Source: Vicinamibacterales bacterium
GTDB taxonomy: Bacteria; Acidobacteriota; Vicinamibacteria; Vicinamibacterales; UBA2999
Direction: 5' to 3'
Assembly (NCBI GenBank): GCA_046331325.1
Contig: JAXLRB010000002.1
Span: 73,034-137,033, forward strand
DNA: 64,000 nucleotides
A program made the position numbers and the translations under genes. Numbering within the stretch: position 1 is the first letter of the stretch; each line of letters starts with the position of its first letter. Below are positions 27,177 through 36,775 of the stretch, piece by piece. The notes beneath the pieces are model-generated. The model saw only the letters and a list, made by a program, of their open reading frames with translations, did no database searches and was not told the DNA's origin.

Positions 27177-28111
27177 AGGCGCAGCGCCAGAAGCTCGAGC
27201 TCGTCGCGGTGCGGGCCGTGCGCGCCGCCGCCGGATCGATGCCCGACTGGATGGCGCGCGCCGTTGGCACAACCCTCGGCTCCACGTTCTACGCGCTGGA
27301 TCGGGCGCATCGCCGCGTGGCGCTCGCCAACCTCGCGCAGTGTTTCCCGGCGCGATCCGAGGCCGAGCGGCAGGACATCGCGCGCCGCATGTTCCAGCAC
27401 TTCGGCGTCCTGCTCGTCGAGCTGCTGCGCTTCGGCCGTCTCTCCCCGGAAGCGATGCGCGATCGCGTGGTGGTGGAAGGCGAGGAACGCGTGCGCGCCG
27501 CCTACGCCAAAGGCAAGGGTGTGCTCTTCTTCACGGGCCACTTCGGCTTCTGGGAGATGCACGCGATGGTGCACGCGCTGGTCTTCCAGCCGATCGGCGT
27601 GCTGGCGCGGCCGCTCGACAACCCCGGCCTGCACGTGCTGCTCGAAGACATGCGGCAGCGCACCGGCAACACCGTGATCTACCGCGAGGGCGCCGTGCGC
27701 AAGGTGTTGCGCATGCTGTCGGCGGGGCAGGGCGTGGCGCTGCTGATCGATCAGCACATGCACAGCCCCGACGCGATCTGGGTGCAGTTCTTCCAGCGTC
27801 CGGCGGCGACCACGTCGACGCTGGCCGCGCTGGCCTTGCGCACGGGCGCGCCGGTGGTGCCGGTGTTCGCCACGCCGCTGCCCGACGGGCGGATGCGCCT
27901 CATCTACGAGCACGCGGTGGAACCGCCGGCCGCGGGCACCGCGGATCCGGTCCGCGACTTCACGCAACGCTGCACCGACGTGCTCGAGATGTACGTCCGC
28001 CGCCAGCCGGAGCTCTGGCTGTGGATGCATCGCCGCTGGCGCGATGCGCCGGCGCCGGGCACGCCCGGCATGTTCCCCGCCGTGCGCGACGAAGGTCCGG
28101 CCGATGCGTAG
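27173..28111 (+). CDS. lipid A biosynthesis (Kdo2-lipid IVA) late acyltransferase, LpxL/HtrB family
   Basis: GTG at 27173 (GTGA overlap with the lpxK stop) after GGAGG. It has GHFGFWE (HX4-type acyltransferase motif) and LIDQH segments. Confidence 0.8.
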   Translation: MKAQRQKLELVAVRAVRAAAGSMPDWMARAVGTTLGSTFYALDRAHRRVALANLAQCFPARSEAERQDIARRMFQHFGVLLVELLRFGRLSPEAMRDRVVVEGEERVRAAYAKGKGVLFFTGHFGFWEMHAMVHALVFQPIGVLARPLDNPGLHVLLEDMRQRTGNTVIYREGAVRKVLRMLSAGQGVALLIDQHMHSPDAIWVQFFQRPAATTSTLAALALRTGAPVVPVFATPLPDGRMRLIYEHAVEPPAAGTADPVRDFTQRCTDVLEMYVRRQPELWLWMHRRWRDAPAPGTPGMFPAVRDEGPADA

Positions 28112-29129
28112 TCGGGTAGTCCTCTTCGCGCCCAACTGGCTCGGCGACGCCGTGATGGGCCTGCCGGCGCTGCAGACGCTGCGCGCGGCGTTCCCTCACG
28201 CGCACCTCGCCGTGGCGGCGCGGCCCAGCGTGGCGGCCGTCTACGCGATGACGCCGGGCGTGGCGCAGGTGATCGCGCTCGAGTCGCGCGCCGGGCTGTC
28301 GGCGGTGAAGCCGTGGCGGCGCGACGCCGCGCGTCTCGAGGCCGAGCGCTTCGATCTCGCGGTGCTGCAGCCCAACTCGTTCCTGTCGGCCTGGATCGCG
28401 GCGCAGGCGAAGATCCCGGAACGCTGGGGCTTCGCCACCGACCTGCGCGGACGCTGGCTCACGCGCGCGTTCCCGCGTCCGGCCGCCGGGTTGCACCAGG
28501 CGGACTACTACCTCGCGCTCACGAGCGCTGCGGGCCTGCCGGCCATGCCGCGGGTGGCGCGCCTCGAGCCGCCGCCGGCCGCGATCGACGCCGCTGCCGC
28601 GCTCGTGCCGTCGCGGCCGTTCGTCGTGCTGGCGCCCGGCGCCGCCTACGGCCGCGCGAAGCAGTGGCCGCCGGCGCGCTACGCCGAGCTGGCGCATCAG
28701 CTGTGGCGCGAACGCGGCATCGCGTCGGTGGTGATCGGGGCGGGCGCGGATCGCGTGGCCGGTCAGGAACTGCGCGACGCCCTCGCCGCGCTTCCAGGCG
28801 GCAGCGACACGGCCGCCGCGCTGGTCGACGTCATCGGCCGCACCGACCTGCCGACGCTGGCGGCGGTGCTCGCGCGCGCGCATGCCGTGGTGGCCAACGA
28901 CTCGGGCGCGATGCACCTGGCCGGCGCGGTCGGCGCGCGTGTCGTCGCCGTGTTCGGGCCGACCAACGAACACCAGACGGCGCCGCTCACCGCGTCGGTC
29001 GATGCACCGCCGGCGCGGCTCGCCATCCATCAGGTGTGGTGCCGGCCCTGTATGCTGCGCGAGTGCCCGTTGGGGCACCTGTGCATGCTCGGCGTCAGCG
29101 CCGCCGACGTCGCTGCGCTGGTGCCGTAA
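28104..29129 (+). CDS. waaF: GT9 ADP-heptose:LPS heptosyltransferase, WaaF/RfaF-like
   Basis: ATG at 28104 overlaps the lpxL end by 8 nt. Motifs are APNWLGDAVM, LQPNSFLSA, PGAAYGRAKQWP and NDSGAMHLA. Confidence 0.8.
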   Translation: MRSRVVLFAPNWLGDAVMGLPALQTLRAAFPHAHLAVAARPSVAAVYAMTPGVAQVIALESRAGLSAVKPWRRDAARLEAERFDLAVLQPNSFLSAWIAAQAKIPERWGFATDLRGRWLTRAFPRPAAGLHQADYYLALTSAAGLPAMPRVARLEPPPAAIDAAAALVPSRPFVVLAPGAAYGRAKQWPPARYAELAHQLWRERGIASVVIGAGADRVAGQELRDALAALPGGSDTAAALVDVIGRTDLPTLAAVLARAHAVVANDSGAMHLAGAVGARVVAVFGPTNEHQTAPLTASVDAPPARLAIHQVWCRPCMLRECPLGHLCMLGVSAADVAALVP

Positions 29130-29144
29130 CCCGAGTCCGTCCGC

Positions 29145-29738
29145 ATGACCTCACCGCTGCGCCCCGCCGTGTTCCTCGATCGCGACGGCACGATCAACGA
29201 AGACGTCGGCTACTTGTCCGAGCTGTCGCATCTCACGCTGTATCCGTGGGCGATCGACGCGGTGCGGCTGCTGAACCGCGCCGGCTACGTCGTCGCCGTC
29301 GTGACCAACCAGGGCGGCATCGGCCGGAAGATGATTCGGCCCGAGTTCGTGCCCGTGCTGCACGATGAAATCGCGCGGCGGCTCGCCGCCGGCGGCGCCC
29401 GCATCGACGGCTGGTATTCGTGCCCGCACCATCCCGAGGCACTCATCGACGAGCTGCGCGGGCCGTGCGAGTGCCGCAAACCGAATCCGGGCATGCCGCG
29501 GCAGGCGGCGCGCGAACTCGGCATCGATCTCGCCCGCTCGTGGGTGGTCGGCGACAAGTGGCTCGACGTGCAGCTCGCCGAACGCATCGGCGGACGCGGT
29601 GTGCTCGTGCGCACCGGCTGGGGCACGATCGAGGAAGCCGTACGCCCGGCCGGACAGCAGGTGGATGCGATCTGCGACACGCTGGCCGGCGCCGTGGCGC
29701 ACGTGCTCGATGCCGACGCCCGGCGCGGCCCGGCGTAG
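29145..29738 (+). CDS. gmhB: D-glycero-D-manno-heptose 1,7-bisphosphate phosphatase (HAD-IIIA)
   Basis: Motifs are DRDGTINEDVGY, VTNQGGIGR, and CPHHP...CECRKPNPGM (Zn site). Confidence 0.85.
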   Translation: MTSPLRPAVFLDRDGTINEDVGYLSELSHLTLYPWAIDAVRLLNRAGYVVAVVTNQGGIGRKMIRPEFVPVLHDEIARRLAAGGARIDGWYSCPHHPEALIDELRGPCECRKPNPGMPRQAARELGIDLARSWVVGDKWLDVQLAERIGGRGVLVRTGWGTIEEAVRPAGQQVDAICDTLAGAVAHVLDADARRGPA

Positions 29739-29755
29739 TAGTCTGTATCGTTCGC

Positions 29756-30796
29756 ATGGCCCTTGCCGACGATCCGCGCGCCCGCGCGCACCGACTGCTC
29801 GCCCTGCTCGCCGCCTCGCGCGGCCGCCGTGTCGTCGTGCTCGGCGATCTCATCGCCGACGAGTTCGTGTCGGGCCGCATCGCCCGGGTGTCGCGCGAAG
29901 CGCCGGTGCTCATCCTCGAGTACGACAAGACCGAGATCGTGCCCGGCGGCGCCGGCAACGCCGCCAACAACGTGGCGACCCTCGGCGGATCGGTGACGCT
30001 CGTGGCGCTGGCCGGACGTGACGACGCCGGTCGCCGCACGCTGGCGGCCTTCCCGTCGCGGGTCGATCGCAGGAGCGTCGTGCGTCCCGCCGGCTACCGC
30101 ACGCCGGTCAAGACGCGCATCCTCGCCGGCGGCGTGCATTCCGCCAAGCAGCAGGTGGTGCGCGTGGACCGCTTCACGCGCGACGTCATTGGCGACGTGG
30201 CCCGCGAGGCGTGGCTGCGATCGGCGCGGCGCGCCCTGAAAGGCGCCGATGCCGTGCTGGTGTCCGACTACGGATCCGGCCTCATCACGCCGGCGCTCGT
30301 CGAGGCGCTCGTGGCGCCGCTCAGGCGGCAGGGGCGCCTGCGTGTGCCGGTGCTGGTCGACTCGCGCTATGACCTGTTGAAGTACCGCGCGCTCACCGCC
30401 TGCACGCCCAACGAATCGGAAGTGGAGCAGGCGCTCGGCGTCACCATCGGCGACGTGCCGCGGGCGCTCGAGCGCGCCGGACGCGCGATCCTGAAGCAGA
30501 CGCGCATGGAGGCGGTGCTCGTCACCCGCGGCAGCCGCGGCATGGCGCTCTTCGCCCCCGACGCGCCGACGCTGCACGTGCCGATCTACGGCAGCGACGA
30601 AATCGCCGACGTGACCGGCGCGGGCGACACGGTGATGGCCACGCTCACGCTGGCGCTCGCCGCCGGAGGCTCGATGGCCGATGCCGCGCGCCTCGCCAAC
30701 TACGCGGGCGGTCTGGTGGTGATGAAGCGCGGCACGGCCACCGTGTCGGCGCGCGAACTGGCGCACGCCGTCGCCGCGGATTCGGGCGGTCGCTGA
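29756..30796 (+). CDS. hldA: D-glycero-beta-D-manno-heptose-7-phosphate kinase (RfaE domain I, PfkB family)
   Basis: ATG at 29756. It has GGAGNAANN and DVTGAGDTV ribokinase-family motifs. The gene is separate rather than fused as hldE. Confidence 0.8.
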   Translation: MALADDPRARAHRLLALLAASRGRRVVVLGDLIADEFVSGRIARVSREAPVLILEYDKTEIVPGGAGNAANNVATLGGSVTLVALAGRDDAGRRTLAAFPSRVDRRSVVRPAGYRTPVKTRILAGGVHSAKQQVVRVDRFTRDVIGDVAREAWLRSARRALKGADAVLVSDYGSGLITPALVEALVAPLRRQGRLRVPVLVDSRYDLLKYRALTACTPNESEVEQALGVTIGDVPRALERAGRAILKQTRMEAVLVTRGSRGMALFAPDAPTLHVPIYGSDEIADVTGAGDTVMATLTLALAAGGSMADAARLANYAGGLVVMKRGTATVSARELAHAVAADSGGR

Positions 30797-30798
30797 CG

Positions 30799-31275
30799 AT
30801 GGGCGTGGTGCTCTCGCGCGACGCCCTGGCGTCGTGGGTCGCGGCCGAGCGCGCGGCGGGGAAGTCGATCGCGTTCGCCAACGGCGTCTTCGACCTGCTG
30901 CACGTCGGCCACGTCCGCTATCTCCAAGGCGCGGCCCGCGAGGCCGACCGTCTCGTGGTGGCCGTGAACGCCGACAGCAGCGTCCGCAAACTGAAGGGCC
31001 CCGACCGGCCCGTGCTGCCCGAGCACGATCGCGCCGAGCTGGTCGCCGCGCTGCGCTGTGTCGACGCGGTCACCGTGTTCGACGAACCCACCGTGACGCC
31101 GCTGCTCGAACTGCTGACGCCCGACGTGCACTGCAAGGGCACCGACTACACGGTCGAGAGCGTGCCCGAGCGCGCCACCGTGCAGGCCTACGGCGGACGC
31201 ACCGCCATCGTCGGCGATCCGAAGGATCACTCCACGCGCGACCTGCTGCGCCAGATCCGCGGAGACCAGGCGTGA
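30799..31275 (+). CDS. hldC: D-glycero-beta-D-manno-heptose-1-phosphate adenylyltransferase (RfaE domain II)
   Basis: 158-aa ORF with the cytidylyltransferase motif [17 protein letters not shown]. Confidence 0.85.
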   Translation: MGVVLSRDALASWVAAERAAGKSIAFANGVFDLLHVGHVRYLQGAAREADRLVVAVNADSSVRKLKGPDRPVLPEHDRAELVAALRCVDAVTVFDEPTVTPLLELLTPDVHCKGTDYTVESVPERATVQAYGGRTAIVGDPKDHSTRDLLRQIRGDQA

Positions 31276-32342
31276 CGTCGGCGCTGCCGCACGACGCCCG
31301 CGTGCTCGTCGTGCGCATGGGCGCGCTGGGCGACATCGTGCACGCGCTGCCGGTGCTGGCGGCGATCCGCGCCCATCGGCCCGACGTGGCGGTGGACTGG
31401 CTGGTCGACGCGCGCTACGCCGGTGTGCTGCGTCTCGTGGAGGGCCTCTCGCGGCTCGTGATCGTGCGCGCGAACGACGACGGCGCCGACGATCGGGCCA
31501 TCCGTTTCCGCGGCACCGGCGGCATGCTGCGCGCCCTCGGGTTCCTGCGCCGCCAGGGCTACGCGGCGGCGATCGATCTGCAGGGCCTGATCAAGTCGGC
31601 CCTGTTCGCCCGCGCCTCGGGGGCGCGTCGCGTGCTGGGCTTCGACCGGGCGGCCCTGCGCGAGCCGCTGGCGGCGTCGGCCTACACCGAGACGGTGCCG
31701 GTGGACGACCGCGGTCACGTGGTCCACAAGAACCTGGCGATGCTGGCGCCGCTGGACGTGCCCTCGCTCGGGCTCGTCTTCCCCTGGGCGCCGATCGACT
31801 CGCGCGTCGTCGACGCGGTGGCGGCCGATCCGCGCGTTGCCGCCGCCGGCGGCTTCGTGCTGCTGAACGGTGGCGCGGCGTGGGAGAACAAGCGCTGGCC
31901 GCCCGAGCGCTTCGGCGCGCTCGCCGCGGCGATCGCCGCGCGGCACGGGCTGCCGAGCGTGGTGGCGTGGGGGCCGGGCGAGGAATCGCGCGCCGCGGCG
32001 GTGGTGGCGGCGTCGCAGGGGCAGGCGTTCGCCTCGCCGCCGACCGCGCTGCACGACGTGCTGGCGCTGGCCCGCGCCGCGAAGCTGTGCGTCTCGGGCG
32101 ACACCGGCCCGCTGCATCTCGCGGCGTCCGTCGGCACGCCGCTCGTCGCGCTCTTCGGGCCCACGCGTCCCGAACGCAACGGGCCGTTCCGCGTCGCCGA
32201 CGTCTCGGTATCACGGGCGACCGAGTGCGTCTGTTTCCACAAGCGGCAGTGCCTGCGCGGCGCGCCGTGCATCGATCGCATCGAGGTGGCCGAGGTGCTC
32301 GACGCCTGCACCCGCCGCCTCACGACGGAGTCGGCGGCATGA
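31272..32342 (+). CDS. waaC: GT9 heptosyltransferase, WaaC/RfaC-like
   Basis: GTG at 31272 (GTGA overlap). Motifs are [34 protein letters not shown] and [11 protein letters not shown]. Confidence 0.75.
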   Translation: MTSALPHDARVLVVRMGALGDIVHALPVLAAIRAHRPDVAVDWLVDARYAGVLRLVEGLSRLVIVRANDDGADDRAIRFRGTGGMLRALGFLRRQGYAAAIDLQGLIKSALFARASGARRVLGFDRAALREPLAASAYTETVPVDDRGHVVHKNLAMLAPLDVPSLGLVFPWAPIDSRVVDAVAADPRVAAAGGFVLLNGGAAWENKRWPPERFGALAAAIAARHGLPSVVAWGPGEESRAAAVVAASQGQAFASPPTALHDVLALARAAKLCVSGDTGPLHLAASVGTPLVALFGPTRPERNGPFRVADVSVSRATECVCFHKRQCLRGAPCIDRIEVAEVLDACTRRLTTESAA

Positions 32343-32869
32343 GCCTCGTGCGTGTCCTGGCCCGCTACCGCGTGGCCCTCGGCGGCCTGATGGCCGTGTG
32401 CACCGCGTGGCTCGCGCAGCCGACGGCGATGTCGCTCGCGGCCGGCGCGGCGGTGGCGGCGCTCGGCGAGGGCCTGCGGCTGTGGGCGGCCGGGCACGTC
32501 GAGAAGAGCCGTGAAGTGACGTCGAGCGGGCCGTACCGGTTCACGCGGCATCCGCTCTACCTGGGGTCCACCGTGATTGGCGTCGGCCTCGCGGTGGCGG
32601 CGGCGCATCCGTGGCTCGGGCTCGCCATCGTGACCTACCTCGCCAGCACGCTCACTGCTGCGATGAAGGCCGAGGAGGCGCATCTGCGCGAGAAGTTCGG
32701 CGACGCCTACGACCGCTATGCCGCGCGCAGCCTGCCGCCCTCGCCGCGGCCGTTCTCGTGGGAACGGGCGTGGCGCAACCGCGAGCACCACGCGCTGGCC
32801 GGGCTCGTCGGCGGCCTGTGCCTGATGGCCCTGAAGGTCTGGTATAGTCGGGGTTTCGTCGGTCAGTGA
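32339..32869 (+). CDS. ICMT/PEMT-family membrane methyltransferase
   Basis: ATG at 32339 (ATGA overlap with waaC). It has 4-5 TM segments, an FTRHPLYLGS motif and EEAHLREKFGDAYDRY. Confidence 0.7.
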   Translation: MSLVRVLARYRVALGGLMAVCTAWLAQPTAMSLAAGAAVAALGEGLRLWAAGHVEKSREVTSSGPYRFTRHPLYLGSTVIGVGLAVAAAHPWLGLAIVTYLASTLTAAMKAEEAHLREKFGDAYDRYAARSLPPSPRPFSWERAWRNREHHALAGLVGGLCLMALKVWYSRGFVGQ

Positions 32870-32872
32870 GCC

Positions 32873-32948
32873 GGGCGGTTAGCTCAGTTGGTAGAGCACC
32901 GGCTTTACACGCCGGCTGTCACAGGTTCGAGCCCTGTACCGCCCACCA
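32873..32948 (+). tRNA. tRNA-Val (anticodon TAC)
   Basis: 76 nt. Acceptor GGGCGGT/ACCGCCC, anticodon arm CCGGC-TTTACAC-GCCGG, T loop GGTTCGAGCC, encoded CCA. Confidence 0.95.
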
Positions 32949-33001
32949 ACGAAGAAAGTGGTTGGGCCGCGGCGTCCGTTCGCGGCATAATCGAAGAGTT
33001 C

Positions 33002-33078
<77 letters not shown>

Positions 33079-33204
33079 GTTTTCTCCGCACCTCGAGGAA
33101 CTGGCTTCCCCCGACTCCCCGTCACGCGTTCCTCCCGGCGGGTTCGTTGCCGTCCAACCGTAGTAACGTGGAGCCGTCGGCTGTCGCCGGCGCTTCCTGA
33201 CACC

Positions 33205-35580
33205 GTGCTGCTCGCGGCCCTTCTGGCTCGTCCGTTCCTGGTGCGCCTCGCGGCGTCGCTGCGGACGTTCGTCGCGCGCGCGCCGCGCCTCGCCGCCGCC
33301 CTCGCGCTGGTGGTCGTCGTGCTGCAGGCCGCGGTGATCGGCGGCGGCCAGTGGATCGTCACGTCGCTGGTGTCGGGCCTGCCCAGCATCGACGACGTGA
33401 AGGGCATGGGCGAGATGGCCCAGGCCACCGTCTTCTACGACGCCCAGGACAAACCCGCCTTCACGATCTTCGAGGAACGCCGCTTCGAGGTGGCGCTGGC
33501 CGACGTCTCGCCGCATCTCGTCGATGCGCTCATCGCCATCGAGGACCAGCGCTTCCGCTCGCACTGGGGCGTCGACGTCATCCGCATCGCCGGCGCCATG
33601 CTGGCCAACGTGCGCGAGGGGCGCCTGGCGCAGGGGGGCAGCACGCTCACGCAGCAGCTCGCCCGCCAGAGCTTCCTCACGCTCGACAAGACCTACTCGC
33701 GCAAGATCCAGGAAGCGCTGCTGGCGATGCGCATCGAGCGCCAGTACACCAAGGACCAGATCCTCGAGCTGTACTTGAACAAGATGTACTTCGGCGCCGG
33801 GCTCTACGGCGTCGAAGCGGCGGCCATGGGGTACTTCGGCAAGCCGGCGCGCGACCTCACCGTGGCCGAGGCGGCGATGATCGCCGGGCTCGTGAAGTCG
33901 CCGTCGACGTGGGCGCCCACCGTGAACCTCGAACGCGCCACGGCGCGCCGCAACGTCGTGCTCGGCGCCATGCGCGAGATGGGCACGCTCGACGAGGCGG
34001 CGTACCAGGAGGCGCGCGCGGCGAAGGTGGTGCTGAAGGACGCCCTGCGCAGCGACGAGCCCTTCGGCCGCTACTTCAAGGAACAGGTGCGGCTCGAGCT
34101 GGTGGAACGCTTCGGCCGCGAGCGTGTCTACCAGAGCGGCCTGCGGGTGTACACCACCATCGACGTCGAGATGCAGCAGGCGGCCGAGGCCGCCGTCGCG
34201 AAGACGCTCGACGACCTCGAGGCCCGGCGTCAGGCGTCGCTGAAGGCGCGGAAGAAGCCGGTCGTGCCCGATGATCCGCCGCTGCAGGCGGCGCTGGTCG
34301 CCATCGACCCGCGCAGCGGCGCCGTGCGCGCCCTGGTGGGCGGCCGCAGCTTCGCCGACTCGCGCTTCAACCGCGCGGTGCAGGCCCGGCGCCAGCCCGG
34401 CTCGTCGTTCAAGACGTTCGTCTACGCGGCCGCGCTCGAGGCCGGCTACACGCCGGCGTCGATCATCGATCACCTCGACGATCCGATCGACACGGTGCAG
34501 GGCGCGTGGACGCCGGAAGACGGCCACTCCGACGCCCCCGAGATGACGATGCGCGCGGCGCTCAAGATCTCGAGCAACCGCGCGGCGGTCCGGATGATCG
34601 AGATGATCAGCCCGGAGACGGCGGTCGACTACGCCGGCAAGCTCGGTCTGGCCAACCTGCCGGCGGTGCCGTCGCTGGCGCTCGGATCCGGCGAGGTGAC
34701 GCTGCAGGACATGACCTCGGCCTACGGCGCCTTCGCGGCCGAGGGCACGCGGCACAAGCCGTCGCTCATCCGCCGCGTCGAGGATCTCGACGGCCAGGTG
34801 CTCTATCAGGCCGAGGACGTCGCGGCACAGGCGGTGAAGCCCGATACCGCATTCCTGATGACGTCGATGCTGCAGGACGTGATCGACGGCGGCACGGCGT
34901 GGAAGGCGCGGCAGATGGGCTTCCGCCTGCCTGCCGCCGGCAAGACCGGCACCACCAACGACTACCGCGACGCCTGGTTCGTCGGCTACACGAAGTCGCT
35001 CGTGAGCGGTGTGTGGGTGGGCTACGACACGCCGAAGCCGATCCTGCCCGGCGCGGCGTACGCCGCCGACGTCGCCGTGCCGATGTGGGCGCGCTTCATG
35101 GTGGCGGCCACGGCGAAGGACGCGCCGGAGTACTTCACGCCGCCGCGCGGCGTCGTCGCCGTGCAGATCTGCCGGCTGTCCGGAAAGCGGCCGGCCGGCG
35201 GCTGCGACGCCGTACCCGTCACGCTCGAGAACGGCGGCCACGGCGAAGAGTCGATGATCCGCACCGAGTACTTCGCGGCCGGCACCGAGCCCGAAGACAC
35301 CTGTCCGCTGCACGTCGGCAAGTCGCTCTTCGGCCGTCTCGCCGGCTGGATCGCGCCGCCGAAGCCGAGCGAAGCGCCGCGCGCCAGTGCCGAAGCCGCC
35401 GAAGAGGCACCCGCGGCGCCGCCGGTGTCGGCGCTGCAGACCACGCCGCCCGCCGCCGCGCAGCCCGAGCCCGAGAAGAAGCGCGGGTTCTGGTCGCGGA
35501 TCTTCGGCCGTCGCGCCAAGGACGACGACAAGAACGACAAGAAGAAGGACGAGAAGAAGCCGGCGCCGCGTCGCCAGTAG
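33205..35580 (+). CDS. class A penicillin-binding protein (PBP1A-type transglycosylase/transpeptidase)
   Basis: 791-aa ORF with glycosyltransferase motifs EDQRF and GGSTLTQQ, transpeptidase motifs SSFK, SSN and KTGTT, and a Lys/Asp-rich C-terminal tail. Confidence 0.9.
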   Translation: MLLAALLARPFLVRLAASLRTFVARAPRLAAALALVVVVLQAAVIGGGQWIVTSLVSGLPSIDDVKGMGEMAQATVFYDAQDKPAFTIFEERRFEVALADVSPHLVDALIAIEDQRFRSHWGVDVIRIAGAMLANVREGRLAQGGSTLTQQLARQSFLTLDKTYSRKIQEALLAMRIERQYTKDQILELYLNKMYFGAGLYGVEAAAMGYFGKPARDLTVAEAAMIAGLVKSPSTWAPTVNLERATARRNVVLGAMREMGTLDEAAYQEARAAKVVLKDALRSDEPFGRYFKEQVRLELVERFGRERVYQSGLRVYTTIDVEMQQAAEAAVAKTLDDLEARRQASLKARKKPVVPDDPPLQAALVAIDPRSGAVRALVGGRSFADSRFNRAVQARRQPGSSFKTFVYAAALEAGYTPASIIDHLDDPIDTVQGAWTPEDGHSDAPEMTMRAALKISSNRAAVRMIEMISPETAVDYAGKLGLANLPAVPSLALGSGEVTLQDMTSAYGAFAAEGTRHKPSLIRRVEDLDGQVLYQAEDVAAQAVKPDTAFLMTSMLQDVIDGGTAWKARQMGFRLPAAGKTGTTNDYRDAWFVGYTKSLVSGVWVGYDTPKPILPGAAYAADVAVPMWARFMVAATAKDAPEYFTPPRGVVAVQICRLSGKRPAGGCDAVPVTLENGGHGEESMIRTEYFAAGTEPEDTCPLHVGKSLFGRLAGWIAPPKPSEAPRASAEAAEEAPAAPPVSALQTTPPAAAQPEPEKKRGFWSRIFGRRAKDDDKNDKKKDEKKPAPRRQ

Positions 35581-35582
35581 CC

Positions 35583-36578
35583 ATGCCGTTCCGCGACATC
35601 GCCGGTCATCGCTCGCTGCTCACGCTGCTCGCCCAGTCGGTCACGCGCGGCACCACGCCGGCCACCCTGCTGCTGGCCGGGCCGGCGGGCGTCGGCAAGT
35701 GGCGCGTGGCGGTGGCTCTCGCCCAGGCGCTGAACTGCAGTGACCGCCAGGCCGACGGTGACGCCTGCGGCCGGTGCCGTTCGTGCGATCGCATCGCCCG
35801 CGGCATGCACGTCGACGTCATCGCGCTCGAGCCCGACGACACCGCGAAGATCAAGATCGACCCGGTGCGCACGGTGCTCGACGGCTGCGGCTACCGGCCG
35901 TTCGAGGGGCTGCGTCGCGTGGTGCTCATCCGCGACGCCGACGCCCTGATGGAGGCGGCGCAGAACGCGCTGCTGAAGTCGCTCGAGGAGCCGCCGCCGG
36001 CCACCGTGTTCGTGCTCACCTCGGCGGCGCCCGACTCGCTGCTGCGCACGGTGCGCTCGCGCACCATGCGGCTCACGTTCGGCCGCGTGCCGGCCGACGA
36101 CGTCGCCGCCGTGCTGGTGCGCGACCACGGCATGGACGCCACCGAGGCCCGCCGCCTGGCGATGCTCTCCGACGGCCGGCCCGGGATGGCCCTGGCGCTG
36201 ACCTCGTCCGATGGCGCCGACACCCGCGACGCCGCCGCCGATCTGCTGCGCGCCGCCGCGGCTCCCGACCTGAATGCCCGCCTCGCGATCGCCAAGGCCG
36301 TGGTGGGCGAGAAGAAGGGCGAGCGCACCCGTGTCGAGATGCAGGCCGTGCTGCGCGCCGCCAGCTCGCTCGTGCGCGACGTCGCCGCGCTGCACGCCCA
36401 GGCCGACCCGCGCATCCTCGCCAACGGCGACATCGCCGACGTGCTCGGCCGGCTGACGAAGACGCTGAACCCCGAGGCCACCCGCCGCGCCTTTTCCACC
36501 CTCGACCGCGGCCTCACCGCCCTCGAGCGCAACGCCGGCATCAAGCTGGTGGCCGAGTGGGTGGCGTCCGAGCTGTAG
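35583..36578 (+). CDS. holB: DNA polymerase III delta' subunit
   Basis: ATG at 35583. Motifs are LLLAGPAGVGK and a CGRCRSCDRI zinc module, plus the SRT (sensor) motif in RSRTMRL. Confidence 0.8.
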   Translation: MPFRDIAGHRSLLTLLAQSVTRGTTPATLLLAGPAGVGKWRVAVALAQALNCSDRQADGDACGRCRSCDRIARGMHVDVIALEPDDTAKIKIDPVRTVLDGCGYRPFEGLRRVVLIRDADALMEAAQNALLKSLEEPPPATVFVLTSAAPDSLLRTVRSRTMRLTFGRVPADDVAAVLVRDHGMDATEARRLAMLSDGRPGMALALTSSDGADTRDAAADLLRAAAAPDLNARLAIAKAVVGEKKGERTRVEMQAVLRAASSLVRDVAALHAQADPRILANGDIADVLGRLTKTLNPEATRRAFSTLDRGLTALERNAGIKLVAEWVASEL

Positions 36579-36579
36579 A

Positions 36580-36762
36580 GATCTCGCGATGTGGCGATGT
36601 GGTGATGTGGCGATCTGGATTCGCGCATCCGTTGATCTGGCTATCTGTCGATAGATCCGAGCGCCGCGCGAAGCGCCGGCGCGAGATCCCCCGATCACCA
36701 GATGTGGGCGTCCGATCAGCAGATCACCACATCGCAGATCACGAGATAACACCGATCTGATC
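36580..36762. repeat. GATC-dense, heptamer/octamer-iterated low-GC intergenic array
   Basis: 11 GATC sites by direct counting. Four tandem octamers (C/T)GAT(G/C)TGG lie at 36587-36618. Further GAT(G/C)TGG copies are at 36634 and 36701, and an inverted CCACATC at 36727. Confidence 0.9.
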
Positions 36763-36775
36763 TATCTTTGACCCT

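Noticed and set aside
36605-36625. TCTGGATTCG resembling the 5' end of tmRNA, close to smpB.
   Set aside because: The spacer is only about 195 nt. It has no tag-peptide reading frame and no tRNA-Ala-like 3' end (GGTTCGA..TCC...CCACCA). The match is part of the octamer array.
36580-36762. The GATC/heptamer array as the chromosomal origin (oriC).
   Set aside because: TGTGGCGAT and TGTGGTGAT match the DnaA box TGTGGATAA at only about 6 of 9 positions. No dnaA/dnaN neighbourhood or AT-rich unwinding element is seen. I kept it as an unexplained array instead.
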